IMG/VR virus record: IMGVR_UViG_3300038673_000745
Coordinates: 11,367 to 75,366 of that record
Source of the DNA: a virus
Length of the DNA: 64,000 nt
Strand: one strand, 5' to 3'
A program made the translations under genes and the position numbers. Shown in pieces: positions 56,036 through 64,000 of the stretch (its first letter is position 1; each line of letters begins with the position of its first letter). The notes under the pieces are model-generated. The model saw nothing but the letters and a program-made list of their open reading frames with translations. It did not search any database and was not told the DNA's origin.

Positions 56036-57890
56036 TATTCAGGCAGCAATTGCTCAAATAACATCCAACTCGTTTCCGAAATGGACCGTGCTTATAGGTA
56101 TCGGAGCGTATAATCCATCTCAACTTCTCGATGAGACTGATTTTTTTGATCTCGTTATTGAAGACAAGATGAACAATATTCCGACAGCGACTATTACATT
56201 TACGAATCGCACAGAAGACACGTTACAGGACCAAGGTATTAGAATTTATTTAGATGGAAAAAAGAAATTTACCGGAGTTATAAAAAAATGTTCGAAATCC
56301 TATCAATCAAACCTGATAACCTGTGAATGCCTGGGTATTGCATTTGAGTTTCAACGAACCAATATTACAACTCAAAAAGATATTATAAAAAAGAAATCTT
56401 CAGAGATAATTACAGAAAATTTCACTCCTGTAAATTGGACTATTGATATAGATACGACATCAAACGATTTTGTTATCAGTCATCGGATAGAATCAGGGAA
56501 TTATCTGACTCATATCAATAATATCTGTGTCCAGAACCATTGGGAATGGTGGGTGGAAGAGACAGATTCTACGTCAACCTTTGCAACACGAATATTAAAA
56601 ATTGCGTCACGGAGAGGAAAAGAATCTCCTTCAAAGACATACACATTAGAATCTTCCGGGTACAATGCGGTTATTGATAAAGACAAGGATAAACTAAAGA
56701 ACACGGTCCTGGTATCCGGGTCATCATCCCAAACATCAAATACAAATACTACTGCAGCGGGATTTTTCTCTCTTGGGGATTCAGAAAACCCTACTGCAAT
56801 GGGGTTTATGATCGGGTCCGAATCTCATCTGGTACGACCGGTATTATCTGATGAATCTGAACCAATTCAGATCATCAATGCAGTTCTTGCAGAACCTGTT
56901 ACTATTGGGGATGAAACGGTTACCACAAACGGTACAAACGGATTTGCTCCGGTTGGAACGATTATCATTGGTTCGGAGATTTTAGAGTACTCAAGTGCAG
57001 CAGGAGGGGTGATAACTTTGATCTCTCCCGCTACAGCAGGACATAATACCGGAGTTCCGGTGATTCAGGTGTTGGCACTTGAAGATGTGACTGGATACCA
57101 GGATACTGGGACGGTTTTGATTGACGACGAAGAGATTACGTATGCAGGCCGTGATTTAACTACAAACACGTTATTTCTGACAAACTCGGTAGCGCAACCG
57201 CATGAAGTTGGTAACCCGGTCCTTATCTTATCCTTAATCCGGGCTTATGTTCCAACATCCGTTCAGAATGCGCAAAACAAAGTATGGATTGGGAACGAGT
57301 TGATTCAGTATGAATACGTAGACTATTGGGGATTACATAACGTAACCCGTGGATGTGAGTATAATGACCAGGAGACTCCTGCGTATGCTCATGGAGATGG
57401 AACAAAAATATTCTCCGGTGTAAATTCGTTAGATAATCCAGCAGGAAGTAGTAGTATCGGGTATTGGGGTCAGTCTGATTGCCGGGTGAATAACATAGGG
57501 TCAATTGATAGAGACGGTCTTGATAAATACGGGACTTCTATTCTGCTTAATTTACAACGATACGAAATATTCGGGTCGTTTCAGATTATTGTTGATGACC
57601 TTGATCTGGTTGTTGGTGATGCATTCTATTTAAAAGAGACCGGGACCGATAATCAGACAATTGTGCGATGTATGGGGATAAAATTTGAAGGGGATGTCGT
57701 GACGTTCTATCTTGGTCAAAACGAAGAGTATATTTTAACACAGTTTGATTCTATCACAAAAATCGACAATTCTACTTACGTAAAACAAGATCTGGACAAA
57801 TCAAGTAATGTTGTAGCAGTCTCCCCGGATGAGACTTCAGTAAAAGTCCTGAAAAAAGATGGGACATATGAATGGGTGACGGTCAGATGA
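56028..57890 (+). CDS. baseplate hub / Tal-like protein
   Basis: IEDKMNNIPTATITF, IRIYLDGKKKFTGVI, YLTHINNIC...WEWWV, LKNTVLVSG hub pattern. Confidence 0.7.
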   Translation: MIDIQAAIAQITSNSFPKWTVLIGIGAYNPSQLLDETDFFDLVIEDKMNNIPTATITFTNRTEDTLQDQGIRIYLDGKKKFTGVIKKCSKSYQSNLITCECLGIAFEFQRTNITTQKDIIKKKSSEIITENFTPVNWTIDIDTTSNDFVISHRIESGNYLTHINNICVQNHWEWWVEETDSTSTFATRILKIASRRGKESPSKTYTLESSGYNAVIDKDKDKLKNTVLVSGSSSQTSNTNTTAAGFFSLGDSENPTAMGFMIGSESHLVRPVLSDESEPIQIINAVLAEPVTIGDETVTTNGTNGFAPVGTIIIGSEILEYSSAAGGVITLISPATAGHNTGVPVIQVLALEDVTGYQDTGTVLIDDEEITYAGRDLTTNTLFLTNSVAQPHEVGNPVLILSLIRAYVPTSVQNAQNKVWIGNELIQYEYVDYWGLHNVTRGCEYNDQETPAYAHGDGTKIFSGVNSLDNPAGSSSIGYWGQSDCRVNNIGSIDRDGLDKYGTSILLNLQRYEIFGSFQIIVDDLDLVVGDAFYLKETGTDNQTIVRCMGIKFEGDVVTFYLGQNEEYILTQFDSITKIDNSTYVKQDLDKSSNVVAVSPDETSVKVLKKDGTYEWVTVR

Positions 57891-60586
57891 GCATAGAACC
57901 AGGTGATAAGGTACATATCCGGGCCGGACAGGACGGAAAATATTATGCGACGAAATCAGGAGCTCCTGAGGTAGGAGACAAAGTATTGTTGTCTCAAATG
58001 GATGATGGCCGGGTGGTTGCTCACAAATCCGGAGCTCCTGAAGTGGGAGATAAGATCCTTGAGGTGCAGGGAACCGACAAGAGATATGCTATCAAATCCG
58101 GTGGAGAACTTCATTGTAAAGGAACCTGGTGGACTGTTGGCGGAGGTTCAGGAAACCAGGGGAAGATTGAGTCGAAACCGAGTTATTATTATCCGAATGA
58201 TGGGCGGTGGTTAGGGGGACGATTCTCCTTCCCAGAGAACCCGAGAGAAAATGACATGTTTCGGTACATATTCCCTAAGGTTCAGTCTGGTCAGTATTAT
58301 TATAATTCATCTCAACAATGGTCACATATTGACGGAGATATTCCGGACGGGTTAACCTGGCAAGGAGAGGTATCTGAATTTCCTGAACATCCTGAAGAAA
58401 ATGACCAGGTATTTTTGCGTAATTTTGTACCTTATTGTCATGGATTATTTTATTATACTGAAGATTATGGATGGTTATCATATACAATACTAGACCCGGT
58501 TCAATTAAATTGGAGAGGTTCTGTTAGTTCATTACCTGATACGGATACAAATGATATTTTATATTTAAATACTGATTATTCGAGTTATACGAAAGGGGTG
58601 TATTACTATAGTAGTTTCCGGTGGTATAAAGTTCCAATTACAATTGAGTCTGAACCAAACTGGTTAGGGAATGTTTATCAATTGCCGTCATCCGGGCAAG
58701 TGAACGATCTGGTGAATGTGAATACAGTTACGTATAAAATATATTATTATTACAGTAGAGGGATAGGTCATCAATCGGGTGGTTCAGCTTATAGTGTTCT
58801 ATTAACTAGTTCAAACTGGTTAGGTTCTGTATCGACATTACCAGCAACGGCAAATAATTATGATCATGTCCACTACAACAATAGTATTTATTGGTGGTAT
58901 CCGTGGGGTGGTTATTGGACCAAGGCCAGTTTATCAAAACTTATAGAAACACCTCCTATTTTCGGAGGTGTTTTTGGTGCTTTCCCATCTGAACTTCAAG
59001 GCGGTTATATTTATTTTATTAATGAACCTACAAAATCATATTTCATATATGCGTATGAACGGGTATATTCACAGAACTGTGAAATAATTTTAAACGCACT
59101 CCCTGAAAATGTTAACTGGTTAGGGAATCTCGATATTTTTCCCGAAGAACGTCATCATGGTGATATGTTCTATTTAACTCAAACAAAATTTATATATTAT
59201 TATTCGGGTGTAGATTTTTGTTGGAACACAGTAAACTTTCCGTCCACTCAATACCACACTCCCCCAAATTGGTTAGGTGTTTTAGATTCTTTACCTTCTG
59301 ATCCTCAACCTGGTGATCTTATGATACTCAGTACACCTCAAATTAGAAATACTTTCTATATTGATACGTTTCTTGGAGGTCATCTTGGTATTTGTTTCAG
59401 ATATACTGATTCAGCATGGAGACAAGTTGATGATATTCAACTTATTCCATCTGCACAATTTGAAGAATCTATTGATTCATATCGTAAATTTTCAGGATTA
59501 TCTTTTAATAATGGATGTGTATATTTTGGGTATATGGGATATCCAGATGTGTATGCCCTTGACATTGAAACTTTAGAAATAAAATGGAAGTATATATTAG
59601 AAGGGGATTTATTTGAATCTGATGGTACTAATTATCCTATTATTTCTCCAAACGAGTATGTTTACATAGGTGATTCAACCGGAACTTTGTATTGTTTAGA
59701 TGGATTAACTGGAGAAGAAATATGGAAAGTATCTACAGGACATGATATTGTTACGGGATTAGGGTTTGATTCTGGTATAATCTATAGTGGATCTAGTAAA
59801 TCGCTTGGAACCTATGACCGAGCGGTATCAATACAGGCGAGAAATGCAAGTACAGGAAATCTCATCTGGGTACGAGAATATTTAACTGACGATAATACAA
59901 CTTATCCAATTCCGTTCGCGTTTAATAAAAAATATATCTTTACTCATTTTTACAGATCAATTGTGTGTTTAAATAAAAAAACCGGTAAAACTCGGTGGGA
60001 AACTATTAATAATGTTTATTCTGAAGATGGCACATCGTATCTCTCTTTTGGTGGTTTTCGTACAGGTCAATCGCTGATATTAGTTGGAGATACCTTAATT
60101 GTAACCCCCTCAACCAATAATTCAGGTTATGATTATGTATTATTTATAAACTGTATTAGTGGCAGATATACATATAGTATAACATCATCACTATGGTATA
60201 AGGTTTATGCATCACTGGTTGCGGTAGATAATAAGTTAATTGTACAATATAGAAGATTTGATGGAACGGGAGCTAGTTCTCCAGCGTATATATATGATAT
60301 TAATAAAAGAACTTCTGTTTCTATTGAGCCGTGGTTTTGTCCACATTTACCTGTGTTTAATGGATTGGTTTATAGTATAGATTATGATGGATATATTTGT
60401 AAAGAAAGTATATATGCCGCTATAAGTTCACGTTTCATTAATCATACCAGATTACCAGGCGATTATTATGGGTGGAACTTGTACCTTTATAGTACTTATA
60501 TTTTTGAAAATGTGTTATATCTCCCATTTATTAAACAAATATCCGGGGTTAATGAATATACAGCAGTTATTTTAAAATTAAAATAA
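57887..60586 (+). CDS. receptor-binding/fibre protein with W-x-G repeats and PQQ-type beta-propeller
   Basis: GAPEVGDK repeats, eight [WF]xG....[LF]P....D repeats, LEIKWKY / GEEIWKV / GNLIWVR / GKTRWET blades; start at ATG 57887. Confidence 0.7.
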   Translation: MSIEPGDKVHIRAGQDGKYYATKSGAPEVGDKVLLSQMDDGRVVAHKSGAPEVGDKILEVQGTDKRYAIKSGGELHCKGTWWTVGGGSGNQGKIESKPSYYYPNDGRWLGGRFSFPENPRENDMFRYIFPKVQSGQYYYNSSQQWSHIDGDIPDGLTWQGEVSEFPEHPEENDQVFLRNFVPYCHGLFYYTEDYGWLSYTILDPVQLNWRGSVSSLPDTDTNDILYLNTDYSSYTKGVYYYSSFRWYKVPITIESEPNWLGNVYQLPSSGQVNDLVNVNTVTYKIYYYYSRGIGHQSGGSAYSVLLTSSNWLGSVSTLPATANNYDHVHYNNSIYWWYPWGGYWTKASLSKLIETPPIFGGVFGAFPSELQGGYIYFINEPTKSYFIYAYERVYSQNCEIILNALPENVNWLGNLDIFPEERHHGDMFYLTQTKFIYYYSGVDFCWNTVNFPSTQYHTPPNWLGVLDSLPSDPQPGDLMILSTPQIRNTFYIDTFLGGHLGICFRYTDSAWRQVDDIQLIPSAQFEESIDSYRKFSGLSFNNGCVYFGYMGYPDVYALDIETLEIKWKYILEGDLFESDGTNYPIISPNEYVYIGDSTGTLYCLDGLTGEEIWKVSTGHDIVTGLGFDSGIIYSGSSKSLGTYDRAVSIQARNASTGNLIWVREYLTDDNTTYPIPFAFNKKYIFTHFYRSIVCLNKKTGKTRWETINNVYSEDGTSYLSFGGFRTGQSLILVGDTLIVTPSTNNSGYDYVLFINCISGRYTYSITSSLWYKVYASLVAVDNKLIVQYRRFDGTGASSPAYIYDINKRTSVSIEPWFCPHLPVFNGLVYSIDYDGYICKESIYAAISSRFINHTRLPGDYYGWNLYLYSTYIFENVLYLPFIKQISGVNEYTAVILKLK

Positions 60587-60631
60587 CACTTATATTCCCA
60601 TTTATCTTTTCTGCCACCTATTTCTCTCTCA

Positions 60632-61327
60632 ATGCCTGATTCTATCCGGACAATATATACAACTCAGGATCCTGATTATGGTTCTCTGGTCCTGGGATTT
60701 TTCCAGGAAACACCTTTTTATTGTGCTAATCTGTCAACCGGTGTAACATCTCCGATATCCACTTCTCATATTCTGCTCTATGATCCTCCTGCTGATATGA
60801 CCGGAGTGGATTACATAGAAGGATCTATCGAGGCAATTCCAGGGAATACAACAGAGGACGATATTGATGTCACGTTCACATTTATTCAAACAAAAGCGAT
60901 ATCAATAGCAGGGATTATTCAATCCCTGATTAATGTCACATTAGATCTGGACCAAGTTGATAGTACCTATGGTGGAGCTGCACGACTTGAAACGATTCTG
61001 GTCGAATTATTAAAATACAATCTGTTAACAAGCACTACGTCTCAAATAGGAATTCTTACTCATACTATCTCAAAAGATATTGCAGGAAACATTACAACTC
61101 CTTCGTATGCAGAACAGACATTTACCGACCCATTTTTCTTTGATGTAGGGGTTTCGCCTCCGCTTGAATTTGGAGTTCTACCTGGGTATCTGCTGCAGAT
61201 GCGGGTCAAGATTACGTTTTCAGCGTATACTCCAGCCCTTGCATCTACAAACACAATCGCAAAATGCAGGCTCAACTGTTTCCGGAATCTGACGAAGAAT
61301 ACCATCCTCAAAGCAGCGGTGATCTAA
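60632..61327 (+). CDS. putative structural protein
   Basis: Own promoter motif 31 nt upstream; lies in the tail cluster. Confidence 0.5.
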   Translation: MPDSIRTIYTTQDPDYGSLVLGFFQETPFYCANLSTGVTSPISTSHILLYDPPADMTGVDYIEGSIEAIPGNTTEDDIDVTFTFIQTKAISIAGIIQSLINVTLDLDQVDSTYGGAARLETILVELLKYNLLTSTTSQIGILTHTISKDIAGNITTPSYAEQTFTDPFFFDVGVSPPLEFGVLPGYLLQMRVKITFSAYTPALASTNTIAKCRLNCFRNLTKNTILKAAVI

Positions 61328-61328
61328 T

Positions 61329-62180
61329 ATGGTACAGGCAAGCGCAATGCAGGTATATGACGCTCTTGTTACCGCTACTCTGCCGGTTGCTACTGTTGAT
61401 GGAATTACTACGACAATTTATTTTGCATCCGCTGTATCTTCGTCTGCTGTACATGCAGTCATTGATCCGCTCGAATGGACTAATGCAACATTATCTTTGG
61501 TTTCGTCAGATGTTGATCCTTATACTCAATACCTCAACACAACCAGGCACGATCAGCCTATCCGGCATGAATTAGGGGTATCGGTCCCTCGGGATACAAC
61601 AAAAATTGATCTGACATATTTAGATACCGATGGAACATTAGCGGCGAATTCGGATACGAAGATAGCGTCTCAAAAAGCTGTAAAAACATATGCAGATACG
61701 AAATCTCCTCTTGAGTCTCCCACGTTCATCGGAACACCTGCAGCTCCTACCGCTGCAGCAGATACCGATACTACTCAGATAGCAACGACTGCTTTTGTAT
61801 TAGGTCAGGCAAGTGATGCAGATCCTGGGATGGACGGGACTGCTGATCCAGGTACTTCGGAGAAATATTCTCGGGATGATCATATTCATCCGACTGATAC
61901 GAGTCGGGCAGCATCTGATCATAACCACGATGGGGATTATACCCGTTGGCGTGGTTCCTCTGCAACCGCTCCGGATAGTCCTTCAGCAGGGGACCGGTAT
62001 TACAACTCTTCAGAAACACGGTTTTATGAGTATGATGGTTCATCCTGGGTAACGACTCCCAAGTTTCATGGGTCTCTTGCATCAGATCCATCTTCAGCAA
62101 TCGGAGGAGATACCTATTACAACTCAACCGATTCAAAACCATACTTCTATACGGGGTCTGCGTGGGTTGCACTCACATGA
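61329..62180 (+). CDS. tail fibre-like protein
   Basis: ASQKAVKTYADTKSPLESPTFIGTPAAPTA..DTTQIATTAFV, YSRDDHIHP, GDRYYNS...YDGSSW. Confidence 0.8.
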   Translation: MVQASAMQVYDALVTATLPVATVDGITTTIYFASAVSSSAVHAVIDPLEWTNATLSLVSSDVDPYTQYLNTTRHDQPIRHELGVSVPRDTTKIDLTYLDTDGTLAANSDTKIASQKAVKTYADTKSPLESPTFIGTPAAPTAAADTDTTQIATTAFVLGQASDADPGMDGTADPGTSEKYSRDDHIHPTDTSRAASDHNHDGDYTRWRGSSATAPDSPSAGDRYYNSSETRFYEYDGSSWVTTPKFHGSLASDPSSAIGGDTYYNSTDSKPYFYTGSAWVALT

Positions 62181-62209
62181 GGAGTATATAAACCCTTTTA
62201 AACACATAC

Positions 62210-62692
62210 ATGTACATGGCAAAGATTGGTTATCCCCCGGCCAGTTACCGAGCCAGATCATCCCGCGATTATCTCCGAATAGAACCGGTGGTTCTCCAAT
62301 ATCTTGAAGAAGCGAACCATCCGGATATGGTAATCCAGGATGAGATAGAAAAATATGTTCTTGCGCATATAGATCCAAAATGGATGAATCCGAACCGGAT
62401 TCCTCATTGTATATCTGAGGCCATGCATCTTGTGGGTTTTAGTCGCCGTTCAAACCGTGGGCGGTGTTGGGACCAGATCTATGATTCTATATCCGGTATG
62501 CCTGTCGTCGGCTGGTGCATCCGGGTTGCAGATTTCCGGTCAAAACCAAAACAATCCTGGAAGAAATCAGCCGGATGCGGTGATACATTCCAGTGTCAGG
62601 ATACCCACAAAGTAAGAACTCGGAAACGAAAGGTCAAATTACCGAGCCCTGATAAATCCGTGATACCCCTTTCCGAGTTCATTTCTCTTTGA
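62210..62692 (+). CDS. hypothetical basic protein
   Basis: 160-aa ORF, GAGGAG RBS. Confidence 0.5.
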   Translation: MYMAKIGYPPASYRARSSRDYLRIEPVVLQYLEEANHPDMVIQDEIEKYVLAHIDPKWMNPNRIPHCISEAMHLVGFSRRSNRGRCWDQIYDSISGMPVVGWCIRVADFRSKPKQSWKKSAGCGDTFQCQDTHKVRTRKRKVKLPSPDKSVIPLSEFISL

Positions 62693-62734
62693 TATTATTT
62701 CCTGTTTATTTACTCTCCGGAAGATGAGAGAGGT

Positions 62735-63115
62735 ATGGATTACTCGTTCCGGTCAGAGTTAGCGCCTCCTCTGGTCGTGATAAAACAATCAGAGACATTG
62801 CCATTAGGAAATACAGATCTCTGTGAGATAACAATATCCGGCGACACAAGTTTAAAAAAATGCGGTGCATTTGAGATCTATTTTGCTGCAACTACCGGCG
62901 GCACGCTCAAACTAAAACGGGTGATTGGGGCGGTCACGACGTACGAAACATTGAATTTTGGTCAGGCATTGACTGCAAATGTTCCGTCTGGCCCGCAGAT
63001 TGTGACGTTCGCATCCGGTGAAACTCTTTCTCTCATTTACTCCGGGACCGGAGGAACATATTATCTGACTATTGCTGATGTATCCGGGGATTCAGTCAGG
63101 CAGGTGAAAGCGTAA
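62735..63115 (+). CDS. small beta-rich structural protein
   Basis: Promoter motif 30 nt upstream. Confidence 0.55.
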   Translation: MDYSFRSELAPPLVVIKQSETLPLGNTDLCEITISGDTSLKKCGAFEIYFAATTGGTLKLKRVIGAVTTYETLNFGQALTANVPSGPQIVTFASGETLSLIYSGTGGTYYLTIADVSGDSVRQVKA

Positions 63116-64000
63116 TGGGTCGGCGATTACCGGTATCACGAGGCACGTCATCCGGTGGAGGAAGTGGAGACCCGCATAACCTCGGATGGTACACAACTGA
63201 AGCATCATTAGTAAGTGCATATCCTACGGCAAACGATGGCGATTGGGCGATTGTTGGAGCGACTGATTCGGTATGGATCTGGGATTCGGATACTGCTACT
63301 TGGGTAGATTCCGGAGAACAGGCGCTGGGGGATGTAGTGGGGCCTGCTTCAGCGACAAATAATGCTATTGCCAGGTATGATACCGAGACAGGTAAGTTAG
63401 TTCAGGATTCGTTGGCGACGGTTGATGATGCGGGTTCGGTAAACATTCCGGCAGGTCAGCAATACAAAATTAATGATACTGCTCTAGCATCTTCAGATAT
63501 AGGTGCGGTACCTGCTACTACAATGATCAACGGAAAACCCCTCTCATCAGATATAACTCTCAACGCAAACGACGTAGGGGCCGTCCCAACAACCCGAACT
63601 GTCAATTCAAAAGCCCTTTCGGCTGATATCTCACTGACTCCGGCAGACGTAGGAGCACAACCGGCAGACGCCACGCTCACCGCTCTGGCAGGGGTGACAA
63701 GTGACGCAAACAAACTCCCATATTTTACCGGAGAGGATCAGGCAGGAGTCACTGATATTACTGCATTTGCCCGGACCATACTTGACGATGCAGACGCAGC
63801 AACCGTCCGAGGTACAATCGGATCACAGCAAGCGACAAATGATTTGACATCTGGAACAATCATCGCAGAAGACGATTTTATACCCATTTATGACAAATCC
63901 GCTACAGCACACAGAAAAATACCTCGGTCGCACTTTTTAAAAGGCGTTCCGCGAATAAATGATATAATTGGCGTGAAATGGAATTCCGCCAGCAGTTCCC
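63115..64000 (+). CDS. tail fibre protein (3'-truncated, absent from ORF track)
   Basis: Open frame from ATG 63115: [44 protein letters not shown]...[16 protein letters not shown]. Confidence 0.85.
   Translation, partial: MGRRLPVSRGTSSGGGSGDPHNLGWYTTEASLVSAYPTANDGDWAIVGATDSVWIWDSDTATWVDSGEQALGDVVGPASATNNAIARYDTETGKLVQDSLATVDDAGSVNIPAGQQYKINDTALASSDIGAVPATTMINGKPLSSDITLNANDVGAVPTTRTVNSKALSADISLTPADVGAQPADATLTALAGVTSDANKLPYFTGEDQAGVTDITAFARTILDDADAATVRGTIGSQQATNDLTSGTIIAEDDFIPIYDKSATAHRKIPRSHFLKGVPRINDIIGVKWNSASSS

Noticed and set aside
290-63713. The many 60-130 aa antisense or alternate-frame ORFs in the track (e.g. 14837..15526, 42567..43016, 63456..63713)
   Set aside because: They shadow well-supported genes and have no RBS, promoter motif or recognisable domain.
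53078-64000. Diversity-generating retroelement acting on fibres or adhesins
   Set aside because: No reverse transcriptase in the window; the PKD near-duplicates are both in frame within one gene and do not differ specifically at adenines.
1-64000. Very frequent CCGG/TCCGGA words
   Set aside because: Spread evenly through coding regions; most simply a host-like compositional or codon bias, not a discrete repeat. Not quantified.

Overview
The whole window looks like a contiguous piece of a head-tail (Caudoviricetes, probably long non-contractile tail) archaeal virus genome. The host is probably a Methanomicrobia-type methanogen; this is inferred from the archaeal MCM, TATA-type promoters, GGAGGTGA ribosome-binding sites, archaeal-type ThyA and tRNAs, DUF2080 proteins and PKD adhesins. 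No host housekeeping genes, integrase or rRNA are visible. Gene order: replication and nucleotide metabolism (MCM C-terminus, ThyA, Dcd, intein-containing class II RNR), a tRNA/structured-RNA cluster, an array of small Cys-rich ORFs, terminase, an expanded head module, a TnpB-only IS, then protease, MCP, neck, tail, tape measure, baseplate and fibres. Four observations stand out. (1) Seven genes share an 18-24 aa N-terminal leader ending in [IV]-x-K|[AGS], the same motif that recurs in the portal, the protease/scaffold and the MCP delta domain. After the leader come one of two basic motifs and unrelated C-terminal domains (two HExxH metallopeptidases, one JAB-like domain), three of them with small downstream partner genes. 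This suggests a capsid-targeted polymorphic cargo system. (2) About 28 copies of a TTCC[CT][GA]TTTAT/TATA promoter-like motif, 24 of them 29-33 nt before an ATG. (3) A 520-nt structured RNA locus holding tRNA-Ala, a tRNA-Gln-like body that lacks exactly the anticodon loop, and an acceptor/T-arm minihelix. (4) A 260-bp perfect repeat shared by two cargo genes 18.5 kb apart. All family assignments come from motif recognition by eye; no searches were run.
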